A DNA stretch of 33,365 nucleotides, taken from positions 59,889,114-59,922,478 of the forward strand of contig NC_068991.1 of NCBI RefSeq assembly GCF_001194135.2. The letters run 5' to 3'. This stretch comes from Octopus bimaculoides. Its lineage: Eukaryota. Positions 10,786-20,638 of this stretch are shown in pieces; the stretch's first letter is position 1, and every line of letters starts with the position of its first letter. The translations under genes and the position numbers were made by a program. The notes beneath the pieces were generated by a model. That model worked only from the letters and a program-made list of their open reading frames with translations, did no database searches and was not told where the DNA came from.

Positions 10786-11461
10786 GTCACTGTTAAGCTA
10801 CTAGCATGCTAGTAATAAAGTATGTCAAACTAACACTAGTACTACTATCATTACCAACACCACTACAACCAATTGGTCGAGCATAATTTACCATTGCATG
10901 CATGCATGCATGCACATGTGCATGCACACACATTCATACAAATACATGCACATACACATTCTTCTAACTGTTGTTTCATGTACATTTTCAAAGAATTAAC
11001 TTGTTTCCATAGAAACCTGTAGATTTTACTGTTAGAGAGATTATTGCTAAATTTTCAGGTATAATCATAATGAATGATTAGCCATTAATTATACCTTTAT
11101 TATTTCAATCTTGAATCTGCTGGTGAAGTTCCCAGTGAATAATTGAGAATTACGATTCATAATTTTCTACATAATTTGAATATTATTTTCTTTCCCAGAA
11201 ATTTTACACATTATTTTCTAACAATAATAATATTTTGCAATCAAATAAATGTGTTTCTTTTCTTGCATTTCTTCTTCATTTTTTATTTTTTTTATATATA
11301 ATTATTATCATTATTTTTACACAGTTTAAGGTACAAACACTATTCCACTAGAACCTTTCTGTAGAGGAGATTTGGTTGAAAGATTTTTTTTTTACTTTGC
11401 AGACAATGTTTTACAAAGAATATGGGCAGATTGTAGAAAGGCAATTAAAAAAAAAATTTAC

Positions 11462-11549
11462 CTGTTATTAGTTTCTTTGGGTTCCTTTTTCTGTGTTCTG
11501 CTTCACTCCTAACTCTCCTATTATATTTTTCCTTATAGTATTTAGTTGT
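11462..11549 (-). CDS. Candidate exon (minus strand)
   Basis: cttaac..aaatag| 88 nt cag|gtaaat; only phase 0 is open: TTKYYKEKYNRRVRSEAEHRKRNPKKLIT. Confidence 0.25.
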
Positions 11550-11708
11550 CTATTTATGTAATAAGTTAAGTTTACACTGGATTTGACTTTGTGTTTGTTT
11601 TCCATCTGCTTGGGTCTAAAGAAAGTAAATATTAATGATATACTATCAATCAGTTCAGTACTCCTTCTCCTTTAAATTATTATAATTATTATTATTATTG
11701 TTATTATT

Positions 11709-11901
11709 GAGGTGGGGAGCTGGCAGAATCATCAGCATGCTGGGCAAAATACTTAGCGGCATTTCATCAGTCTTTATATTCTGAGTTCAAATTTTGGGAT
11801 CGATAAATTAAGCACCAGCTACGCACTGGTGTCGATGTAATTGACTAGTCTCCTCCTCCAAATTTCAGGCCTTGTGCCTATACTAGAAAAGATTATTATT
11901 A
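11709..11901 (+). mobile_element. SINE family 2 flanked by (ATT)n on both sides
   Basis: gaggtggggagctggcagaatc head, gagttcaaattt B-box-like motif, ggccttgtgcctatactagaaaagattattatt tail; (att)n upstream at ~11685-11708. Confidence 0.9.
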
Positions 11902-12217
11902 TTTTTATTTCCATGTTACTTCTCAGAGCTTTCAATTTCACTTACTTCACTTGATTCTGTACAAGCAGATAATAACCTGTTGTCAAAGATCTTACAGGGT
12001 CTCTTTCCATGATACTTAACATCCAAGCACCAGTCTCAAAATTCTCGTCCCCATCAAAGCAGTTCTCTAAGCATGGGCTACTTTCATGTCAATCCCAATT
12101 TCTCCAACAAATTTCTCAAATCTGGTTGTTAATGTTTCCATTACTCCTGCAACTACTTGTATGACAGTTACTGTCTACATTGCCCATATTCATGCAATCT
12201 CATCTTTTAGTGGCTTG
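11902..12217 (-). mobile_element. R4/Dong-clade non-LTR retrotransposon, 5'-truncated 3' end
   Basis: Minus frame 12216-12016: KPLKDEIA*IWAM*TVTVIQVVAGVMETLTTRFEKFVGEIGIDMKVAHA*RTALMGTRILRLVLGC*, matching the C-terminus after the restriction-like endonuclease; short 3' UTR ends in (AAT)n. Confidence 0.75.
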
Positions 12218-12226
12218 TATTATTAC

Positions 12227-12266
<40 letters not shown>
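12218..12266. repeat. (TAT)n microsatellite
   Basis: Direct reading. Confidence 0.97.
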
Positions 12267-12689
12267 GAGTGAGAGAGCAGTGCATGCCATCAAAGTGACA
12301 CTGGGATAAAATATATGAAACCCAGTATACTCATCATGACTACCTGTCTGATAAGGGTACACCAGGCACTTGCATCATAACCATATGTGCGCGACATGGT
12401 GATCTCATATCAAGATCAACAGCACATGACCTTGCAGGTGGGGCCTAGTTAGAATTCTCAAAAGATCCCTGAATAAGGGATGTTTAAGGATGTTGAACGA
12501 GACACCCATGTTTCCGGAGGTGAATTATCTAAACCCCAAAGAATTCCTTTCAAAACATGGCTATGATACTTCTCCACTACTTCTGCTTGTGATCAGAGAT
12601 GCACATACCGTCAGCCACTAAGGGACATGCTCAGCTGGTTAAGGTCAAGCAACTGACAAGCAAATCTGTGGAATTGAGCAGAATATTTG
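12267..12689 (-). mobile_element. Unclassified retroposon-like repeat ending in (AAT)n
   Basis: GC-richer block abutting the (TAT)n; minus strand ends ctctctcactcaataataat; recognised from memory as a recurring octopus repeat; no ORF or Pol III head seen. Confidence 0.5.
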
Positions 12690-13259
12690 TCTACTATACT
12701 GTCTACTACTTATATCTGTAGTTCTCACTAGAATTCACATTTTACATAAATATGGTAGCTTCATTGTATTCTCTAATGAGCATTTGACAACATGATATTG
12801 TTTAATGGCATCAAAATATAAACATTATTTCTTTTATGATAGGCTAACCACAATTAATTTCTACTTATGAACAGCTAGTGTCCTCCACCTTTTTTTTTTT
12901 TTTTTTTTTTTTACAGATGTTACAATTGACCATTTTTAGTAGCTTTTATTGGAAATTTATATTGTTAGTTTCACCAGAGAAACTTGATTTTTTTTCCCTC
13001 TCTTTAGAGCAAAGATATATTTTAGCTTTGAGCATTTGACTTAACTACGTAGAGTAGTACTTTCCTATTTGTGATGGAGTACTTCCTTTAGATCCTCAAA
13101 ATCATAAACTGCATTGAAAAGAAAGCTATTAATCTCTCCCCCCTCTCTCTCTCTCACTGATATGCACACACAAATAAGCAAAACATACAAACACTTAATA
13201 TATTATGTTTCCTCAATGCATTTCTGATAGCTGCTCTTTTGAACTTTTGACATTTTTAA

Positions 13260-13459
13260 CTCTTTAGCGTTCAGATTACTCTGTCAAATGTAATTCTTAT
13301 TTATTCACACTATATTGTAGCTTTGAGATTTTTTATGATGTAATTGTTTATTTTTAGAATAACATTGTAGGGTAGGTGTAAGAGCTTGGATCTGGCCAGT
13401 TTCAACATAAAACAAGTAGAATATTTTGGCCAGATATAGCCAGTTTGAAAGCCAAAGGG
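13260..13459 (+). mobile_element. piggyBac-like MITE, family A
   Basis: TTAA at 13256-59 and 13460-63; body homologous to 8474-8695. Confidence 0.85.
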
Positions 13460-13884
13460 TTAAAAGCAGTCTTGTTGACTGAATACCAACTTGTAGTGAT
13501 CAAAATCTGATGATATCAAACATTGATTAAATTACATACATTTCTATTTGACTTAGTTAATCTAGCTGAAAATAGCAACTTACTGTATATAGTTGAGTGA
13601 CTTCTGTAAGGCATGCATAGGCAACTCCTTTTGAGAGGTGGGTCACCTGAGACATGGCTCATTGTCAGGCAGGTCAAACTACTAAAAAAAAAAAAATTAA
13701 AAAAGAAAATAATATTTCATTGGCACTTCATTCAGAAAGTCCTGTGAGCCACAGCTTGCTCATGGCTTGTGTAAGTCATGGAGCAGTAAAATAACTACTC
13801 CAGTATGGTTTTAAACTACTTTTACATGATTTCCTTATCTTTCCTATAACATTTTGTTCGGTTTTCTTTTGTGTTCCAGAAGCA

Positions 13885-14336
13885 CTTGAAGGATCGGGCA
13901 TGGCTGTGTGGTAAGAAGTTTGCTTCCTGGCCACATGGTTCCAGGTTCAGTCCTACTGTATGGCACTTTGGGCAAATGTCTTCTACTATAATCCCAGACT
14001 CACCAAAGCCTTGTGAGTGGATTTAGTATACAGAAACTGAAAGGTGCACGTATGTGTGTTTGTGTGTGTGTGTGTGTTTGTGTATGTGTTTGTCACCCAT
14101 GCTGCTTGACAACCGGTGTTGATTTGTTTATGTCACTATATTTTTTCTTTTATTTTTATAATCTGTATGTTGTTGTTTGTTGCTTCTCGAGCTATGCCTC
14201 GTTCATAACTTAACGAAAGAGATGAATAAAATAAGTACAAGGCTCAAAACAAATAAGTACTGGAGTTGATTCGTTTGACTATGCCTTTCAAAGTGGTGCC
14301 CTAGTATGGCCGCAACCTAATGACTGAAACAAAAGG
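13885..14336 (+). mobile_element. SINE family 1, near full length
   Basis: ggcatggctgtgtggtaag head, ggttcagtcc, tttgggcaaatgtcttc, (TG)n linker, aatgactgaaacaaaag tail. Confidence 0.88.
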
Positions 14337-14892
14337 TATTTAGTTTGAGGAAGGACAATTCTTGAAACCATTTCAGGCCAGCTTTGATCTAGTGGGTGGT
14401 GGGGAAGAGGATCTCATTTACTGTTTAATTTGGATTATTGCAGCAATTAGAGATGGGGAAATATAAACAAGAACAAGAGTTTTTTGAAACAATCACCTCC
14501 CTGGCCTATGGAAAGGTCAAATCCTAGAACAGGCATTTACATTTACGTCGAGTTTCCCAGACTCTTTCACAAAGGAAAACCCATGTTTTATGATGTGATA
14601 GCAGCGCTGACAACCAAGTTGAAAATGGAAGGTTTCAAGACACTACATGAAAGCTATATCATCAGATACTTGGATTACATACAAAAGACCAAGATCAAAT
14701 TTACGAATTCATTTGATTTGTAACAAAAGCAGTTCTTTGTTGTTGACTAATGTCAAAAACTAGTGGCCTACACCAGCAAACAAAACATAAACAATCTCTT
14801 AATCAAATATTCCACTTGTTCATTTATTTACTTATGTTTGGATAACAATTTCGTTTTGCTTTGTAAATGTATCAGCTTTTGCGAATACATAC

Positions 14893-14922
14893 CTTAAGCT
14901 TTTGCATTAATAATTTATTACT
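14893..14922 (-). CDS. Candidate micro-exon (minus strand)
   Basis: catctacag| 30 nt aag|gtatgt; only phase 0 is open: SNKLLMQKLK. Confidence 0.2.
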
Positions 14923-15039
14923 CTGTAGATGTGTATATTTATATGGCTTAGTCAGAAGGTCAGCACTCTTAACTTTTGCAAGGTTTCCAAGCCTGGTGAG
15001 GCAGGGTATGAGAAAGCATGGCATGTCAAGTCTGGAGTA

Positions 15040-15186
15040 GAGTTTCTTTCTACCTAATTTCACTCACAAGGGTCAAATTGACCCAAGTTTCTTGTGTAGA
15101 AGACACTTGATTAAACTGCTGTGCAGTGAGATTGAACCTGTAGTGACATGATTGAGAAACCAACTTCTTAATCAGATGGCTATACT
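15040..15186 (-). mobile_element. SINE family 1 head, degenerate
   Basis: cactcacaagg..gtagaagacacttg..gattgaacc..aacttcttaa. Confidence 0.65.
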
Positions 15187-15339
15187 AGTATATATATTTT
15201 ATTTAGAAACTACTAATTTTAAGGAAGGAAATAAGGAGAATTTGCTGGATACATGGCTTAGGTAATTTCTTTAAAGCTCATTTAGATTTTACATTTCCTC
15301 TGTCATTCTGTTTGTATCTTTGGAGAAACATGCATGCAC

Positions 15340-15810
15340 ACACACATGCTCTCTCCCTCCCCCTTTCTCTCCCTCCCCTCTTTCTCTCCTTCCCTCCCCC
15401 TCTTTCTCTCCCTCCCTCCCCCTNNNNNNNNNNNNNNNNNNNNNNNNNNNNNNNNNNNNNNNNNNNNNNNNNNNNNNNNNNNNNNNNNNNNNNNNNNNNN
15501 NNNNNNNNNNNNNNNNNNNNNNNNNNNNNNNNNNNNNNNNNNNNNNNNNNNNNNNNNNNNNNNNNNNNNNNNNNNNNNNNNNNNNNNNNNNNNNNNNNNN
15601 NNNNNNNNNNNNNNNNNNNNNNNNNNNNNNNNNNNNNNNNNNNNNNNNNNNNNNNNNNNNNNNNNNNNNNNNNNNNNNNNNNNNNNNNNNNNNNNNNNNN
15701 NNNNNNNNNNNNNNNNNNNNNNNNNNNNNNNNNNNNNNNNNNNNNNNNNNNNNNNNNNNNNNNNNNNNNNNNNNNNNNNNNNNNNNNNNNNNNTTCTTTC
15801 TTTCTTTCTT
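15340..15810. repeat. CT-rich simple repeat with assembly gap 15424-15793
   Basis: Polypyrimidine tract on both sides of the N run. Confidence 0.95.
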
Positions 15811-15995
15811 TTATCTCCTACTTGTTTCAGTCATTGGATTTCTGCCATGCTGGAGCTTCTACCTTGAAAAGTTTAGTCAAATAAATCAATCCCAGTACTT
15901 ATTTTTTGAGTTTGGTTCTTATTCTCCTAAGTTACAGGGACATAAACACAACAGTTGTCAAGTAATGGTGGGACTGGGAGACATACACCAGGACA

Positions 15996-16036
<41 letters not shown>

Positions 16037-16190
16037 GATAGGCTTCAATACAGTTTCTGTCTACCAGATTCACTCAAGGTATTGGTTGACCCAGGACTAT
16101 AGTAGAAGACTCTTCCCCAAGTTGCTGCACTGTGGGACTGAACATGAAACCATGTGGTTTCAAAGCAAACTTCTTAACCATACTGCCATA
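15811..16190 (-). mobile_element. SINE family 1, near full length
   Basis: tacttgtttcagtcattgg tail, (CA)n linker, gtgggactgaac, ccatactgccat head. Confidence 0.88.
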
Positions 16191-16416
16191 TATGGAAATT
16201 GCTTACTATGCATTGCTATGAATTAAAATTTCATTTTTTAAAGCAAGTTAATATTTTCTGTATATTTTTGGTAACATTTCCCCCCCCTTTGTTTTCTATT
16301 CTAATATATCTTAGACCTTTTTTTTTTAACCTTCAAAGCCTTTCCTTTTTTTGTCTAATTTCCTCTCTTTATGTTTCTGAAATGGTTGTTCATGAATCCA
16401 GATGTTTAGTTAGAAA

Positions 16417-16590
16417 AGGCTGGTGAATTGGCAGAATCATTAGATACTATACAGTATTTAATATAATAACCCTGTAGTGTTTTGAGTTCAGATCCAACTG
16501 AGGTCAGTTTTGTCTTTCATTTTCTTGAAGCTGATAAAATAAAGTACCTGTCAAATACAATCAACTATACCCATCTTTCAAATTAGGGGT
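16417..16590 (+). mobile_element. SINE family 2, degenerate
   Basis: ggtgaattggcagaatcattag head, gagttcagatcc, gataaaataaagtacc. Confidence 0.7.
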
Positions 16591-16593
16591 CTT

Positions 16594-16767
16594 TCTTTTA
16601 TTTGTTTCAGTCATTTGACTGCAGCCATGCTGGAGCACCTCCTTTAGTCGAACAAATCGACTCTAGGACTTATTCTTTATTGGGTTGGGTTGGGTTTTTT
16701 TTCAACTAAATCCTTCAAGATGTTGCTCCAGCATGGCTGCAGTCCAATGACTGAAACAAATGAAAGA
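16594..16767. repeat. Inverted pair of family-1 SINE 3' ends (44 bp arms)
   Basis: 16594-16637 versus revcomp of 16724-16767: 42/44 identical; spacer contains (GGGTT)3. Confidence 0.92.
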
Positions 16768-17213
16768 CACAGGTTTAGGGTTTGAATGTAGTTTTTGCAC
16801 TGCCATTAAAGCCACTAAAATTCTAAGCAAATTATGATGCTACCTAACTCTGTGAATATTGTTCCTATTGCATTTTGTTTTCTTGAAACAATTTAATTTT
16901 CCCTGAACTTTACCCATTATGGAGCAAAATAACTTGTGAAAAAAACGCAAAATTTCCAAAACGCACACACAAACACACACACATGTATCTATATTCATTT
17001 CTTATGGTAGAATATGTTAGAGCTGGAATAGCTAGCAGAGCTATACAATTGTGAGCCAGCTTTACTTCTGTAGTATCTCTCATTTGAAAAGGTCAAAAGT
17101 TTGAAATTCTGCAAAGAATTACTATTGATTTGATTTATATAATTAGATTTCACTGCTTCATCTTCGAATTTAAATGAGCCAAGTCATATATTTAAGATAC
17201 AATTCTTTCTTAC

Positions 17214-17243
17214 CTTCCGTATGTAATCTTTCTGAGTACCCTA
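17214..17243 (-). CDS. Candidate micro-exon (minus strand, tandem TAGTAG acceptor)
   Basis: T12-aatatattttttag| 30 nt (or 27 nt) gaag|gtaaga, the strongest splice-signal pair in the window; the 27-nt phase-0 form reads GTQKDYIRK. Confidence 0.35.
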
Positions 17244-17353
17244 CTAAAAAATATATTAAAAAAAAAAAAGTATCTGTGTATTCAATTGCAGTTATTGGGT
17301 TATTTATTAAGTAGTGCATATTTAATATACATCTGAAAAAAAAAAAAGTATAG

Positions 17354-17420
17354 TACTACTTAAGAACACCTGCATCTTAAGAATACATGCATCTTAAGAA
17401 TACATGCATCTTAAAATGCA
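17354..17420. repeat. 17-bp minisatellite, about 4 units
   Basis: tgcatcttaagaataca at 17371 and 17388, degenerate units at 17354 and 17405. Confidence 0.85.
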
Positions 17421-17768
17421 ATGTCTTGTCTAAAAGGCAAAATAAAGACATTGCATAATAGAGGATTACAATTTTTAAATAACTTATAGGAGAGAGTGGT
17501 TGTTATTGCTCGGCTCATTTCAGTTCTTGTTGAGTAGATTTATGGTAAAAGATTCAATCGTTCTGTTTTTATATATTTAGGAGAACATTATTCCTTTTAT
17601 AAGACAAGTGTGTGTTATTTGAAGGAGTTTGGCTACTATTATATCAACCATGTAAAGCCTCTGTCATTGGCTAGAGTAGGAAGAGTGTTTATCAAGTAGT
17701 TGATTGCCTTTTCAGTGTGATCTAAAAGGTAAGGCATTAGCAAATTAGAACAAAAATAGCTATCTATG

Positions 17769-18560
17769 TCATCATCATCATCATTTAACATTCGCTTTTC
17801 ATGCTGGCATGGGTTGGATGGTTTGACATGGAGCTGGCCAGTTGGGAGCTGTCCAGACTTCAGTTGTTTGTTGTGGCATGGTTTCTACAGTTGATACTCT
17901 TCCTAATGCTAACCACTTAACAGAGTGTGCTGGGTGCTTTTCTATGTGCATCTGAAAAGGAAAGCCTGTATGTGTGGAAGACAGTGATTTTACTTAGCTT
18001 CACATGTCTCACCAAGTACAGCAAATCACCACATCTCCTGTCATCTCTCTTGTCATTTCGTCAGTGAGGCTCAGAGTTTGAAAATCTTTTCTCACCACTT
18101 CATCCCATGTCTTCCTGGGTCTAGCCCTTCCCCAGGTGTCCTTCATTATTAGAGCTCCTCACTTCTTCACACAGCTGTCCACATCCGTACACATCATATG
18201 ACCACGCCATCACAGTCTTCTCTCTTGTATACAACATCTGATGCCTCTTATACCCAGTTCTCCTCTTAAATCATTTACACTCAGTTGCACATGCACACTG
18301 ACATTACACATCCAGCAGAGCATGCTTCAAGCCTTTACATGTTCTCTGTAATCAAAGCCCATGTTTCACTGCCATGTAACATAGCTGTGCATACACAGGC
18401 ATCATACAATCTGCCTGTCACTCTGAGTGAGAGTCCCTTAGTTACCAACAAATGTAGAAGCTCTCTGAGCTTTGCTCAGCCTGTTCTTATTCTAGTAACT
18501 TACACTTTCAGAACTTCCTCCACCACTACTATTACACTTAATGTATACACACTGTCAATA
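17769..18560 (-). mobile_element. RTE-clade LINE, 5'-truncated, decayed
   Basis: Minus translation with stops/frameshifts: RIRTG*AKLRELL..GRLYDACVCTAMLHGSETWAL..RRL*WRGHM..GRARPRKTWDEVVRKD; 3' UTR and (GAT)n tail at 17769-17783. Confidence 0.9.
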
Positions 18561-18980
18561 GGCAATTTGGTGTTGCATTTATCCTGAGATAGCATCTGTT
18601 ATGGATGTGCTGTATTAAAAGTACAATATATATCAGAGGGATACAAAATTTGTCCCAGCAGCAGGGAGCAAGAGCACCAGATGCATTTCCTCCCTTTTTT
18701 GGGAAGAACTTTTAGTGGAGTGTATTCATAGCCAGCCACAACCTTAGATAAAAATTCATTGCCTCTAATATAGGAAAGGTGAATAAAGTTTCACCTATGC
18801 TTGCAAATGGCTTCCTAGCCAAATAAAAATTTGGCTACGTCTCTCTTAAGCTGATTTTTCTTGCTTTTCTTTTTCATTAAGTGTAATTGTAAACAATAGA
18901 CCTCATAAGGCATTTTGTTCTCCATGGAAAACCCAATAACGGGGCTAATTAGTAATGCACTTCAGTTGTAAGATGTTTAA

Positions 18981-19200
18981 CCCTTTAACATTTAAACCAG
19001 CCATATCAGGCCCTAAAAGTCTATCTTTTTTATGTTCAAACTGTTCAGATCCAGCTTTTCACACCTACCTATAATGTCACTCTAAAAACAAACAATCCAC
19101 ATCTTTTAAGTCTTGAAGCTATGAGGTAACACATGATTACTTCAAAACAATGTGAATAAATAAGAATTACATTTGACAGAGCAACCTGAATGCTAAAAGG
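18981..19200 (-). mobile_element. piggyBac-like MITE, family A, reverse orientation
   Basis: TTAA at 18977-80, ttac at 19201; ccctttaacatttaaaccagccatatc is the revcomp of the 3' end of 8474-8695. Confidence 0.8.
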
Positions 19201-19554
19201 TTACAGATACATGTAATAAACACAAGAAAAGGCTTTAGTTAGTTCCTATACACTAGAAAGCAATGCTAGAGCGGTGTGTTTAATAGTTACCTGATTTGCA
19301 AATACCAGATACATCTATCAGTTAAGAATCTCTTAGATAACTTTGGGGTGGCTAGCATGTGTGGGAGAAATATTTATACCTCTACACCTAGTTTTGTCAA
19401 TGCTAAAATATCCAAGTAATTTTTTGTGTGTATCGTCATAATCAACCCTTGGACATATCTGTCTTGAGTTCTAGGATCCAGTGGGTTGGTTACCTCGTTT
19501 CTATAAGCGTATAATGATTAAGATCATGGGATACTAGTCCATTGCAGGATTATT

Positions 19555-19695
19555 CATTTACAACAGAATGAACTGGGGCAATGTAAAAGGAAGTGTTTTG
19601 TCTAAAAATGCATCACACTACCCAGTCCAGGAATCGAGACCAAAGTTTTGTGATTGTGAGTGCAACAACCTAATCACCAAGCTATGTGTCTTTCA
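19555..19695 (-). mobile_element. SINE family 3 fragment
   Basis: gcaatgtaaaaggaagtgtttt..ccaggaatcgagacc..cctaatcaccaagctatgtg, homologous to 8305-8445. Confidence 0.65.
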
Positions 19696-20323
19696 CCGTA
19701 AAGACTGAGATATGTTTTTTTATTCACGAAAAGTGGCTGTGTATTGTATGGCTATTTCTTGAGATATTTAATATTTTTGTCTAGTTAAAACATTTACCCA
19801 TCAAATAATTACATCACAGCCACATGGTTGCATCAATTGGCTGTGTAATTTTCTTTTAGTCTAATGAGAGAGAGACAGGGAGGGAGTGAAATAATGAAAG
19901 AATACTACAGAATACTAAATTGTAGAAAGAAATGGTGATGAGTCAGTAAATACACTGTTTTGTATGATTGATTTCATGTCCATTCTTTCCATATGCTTGA
20001 GTTACACGTCACTTTCAATTATGCACAGCATTACTTGTCTTTTACTATATTGCTTTGAAGTAGGTGTTTTTAGCTAGATGCTCTCTTAAATGCTAACCAA
20101 CTAGTGTATCTAGTTTTAAAGCACATTATACTTGGCTGATACTTAAGAGATGAGATTCTAAAGTAAATACCAATTCTAAGTGGCAATAGTTAACTTCAAT
20201 AATTGAATGAGGGCTAATGTTTTTTAGTTATATGATGGTAATTTTCGTTGTTTAATAGCAGTTTATAGTGTTTATGTTTTATTTTACTTCCATTATTCTC
20301 TAGTTTTGCTTTATTGTTTTTAG

Positions 20324-20353
20324 CTTCAAAGATTAGTAGAGTACAAAGAGGAA
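20324..20353 (+). CDS. Candidate micro-exon
   Basis: ttttgctttattgtttttag| 30 nt gaa|gtgaat; phase 0 reads LQRLVEYKEE. Confidence 0.2.
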
Positions 20354-20429
20354 GTGAATTGTTACACATTATATGTTATCGTCGTTGCTGCTACTATCAT
20401 TGATATCACTGTCACTGCCTTTGGTGCTG

Positions 20430-20625
20430 TTGTTGTTTAGCCCCAAGTTAATCCTGATCGAGCCGGCCAATGATCAAAAATAGTCCAGCCATAGACCACC
20501 TCCTCTTTTGAGGTCTATGTCCTTTTCCTTTTATAAATTTTTTAAATGTTAAGGAGTGATTTTAAGGGAGATTTGGCTATTATTTCTAGCTGGTTGAGCA
20601 ACTGTGTCAAGGCTTCCATGGTTAT
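20430..20625 (+). repeat. Unclassified interspersed repeat, family 4
   Basis: gtttagcccc..cctgatcgagc..gtgattttaagggagatttggctattatttctagc; homologous to 32296-32490. Confidence 0.6.
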
Positions 20626-20638
20626 ACTTTGACTGTTC

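Noticed and set aside
11325-11440. Plus-strand acceptor-like sites (11324, 11402; also 12916)
   Set aside because: No convincing donor or phase-consistent chain; poly-T followed by AG is common here
16681-16696. (GGGTT)3 as a telomeric seed
   Set aside because: Not TTAGGG and only three units
18602-18790. ATG-less 63-codon minus frame next to the RTE truncation
   Set aside because: No RT-domain motifs; length unremarkable
19810-19846. Short hairpin cacagcca/tggctgtg
   Set aside because: 8-bp core, expected by chance at this scale
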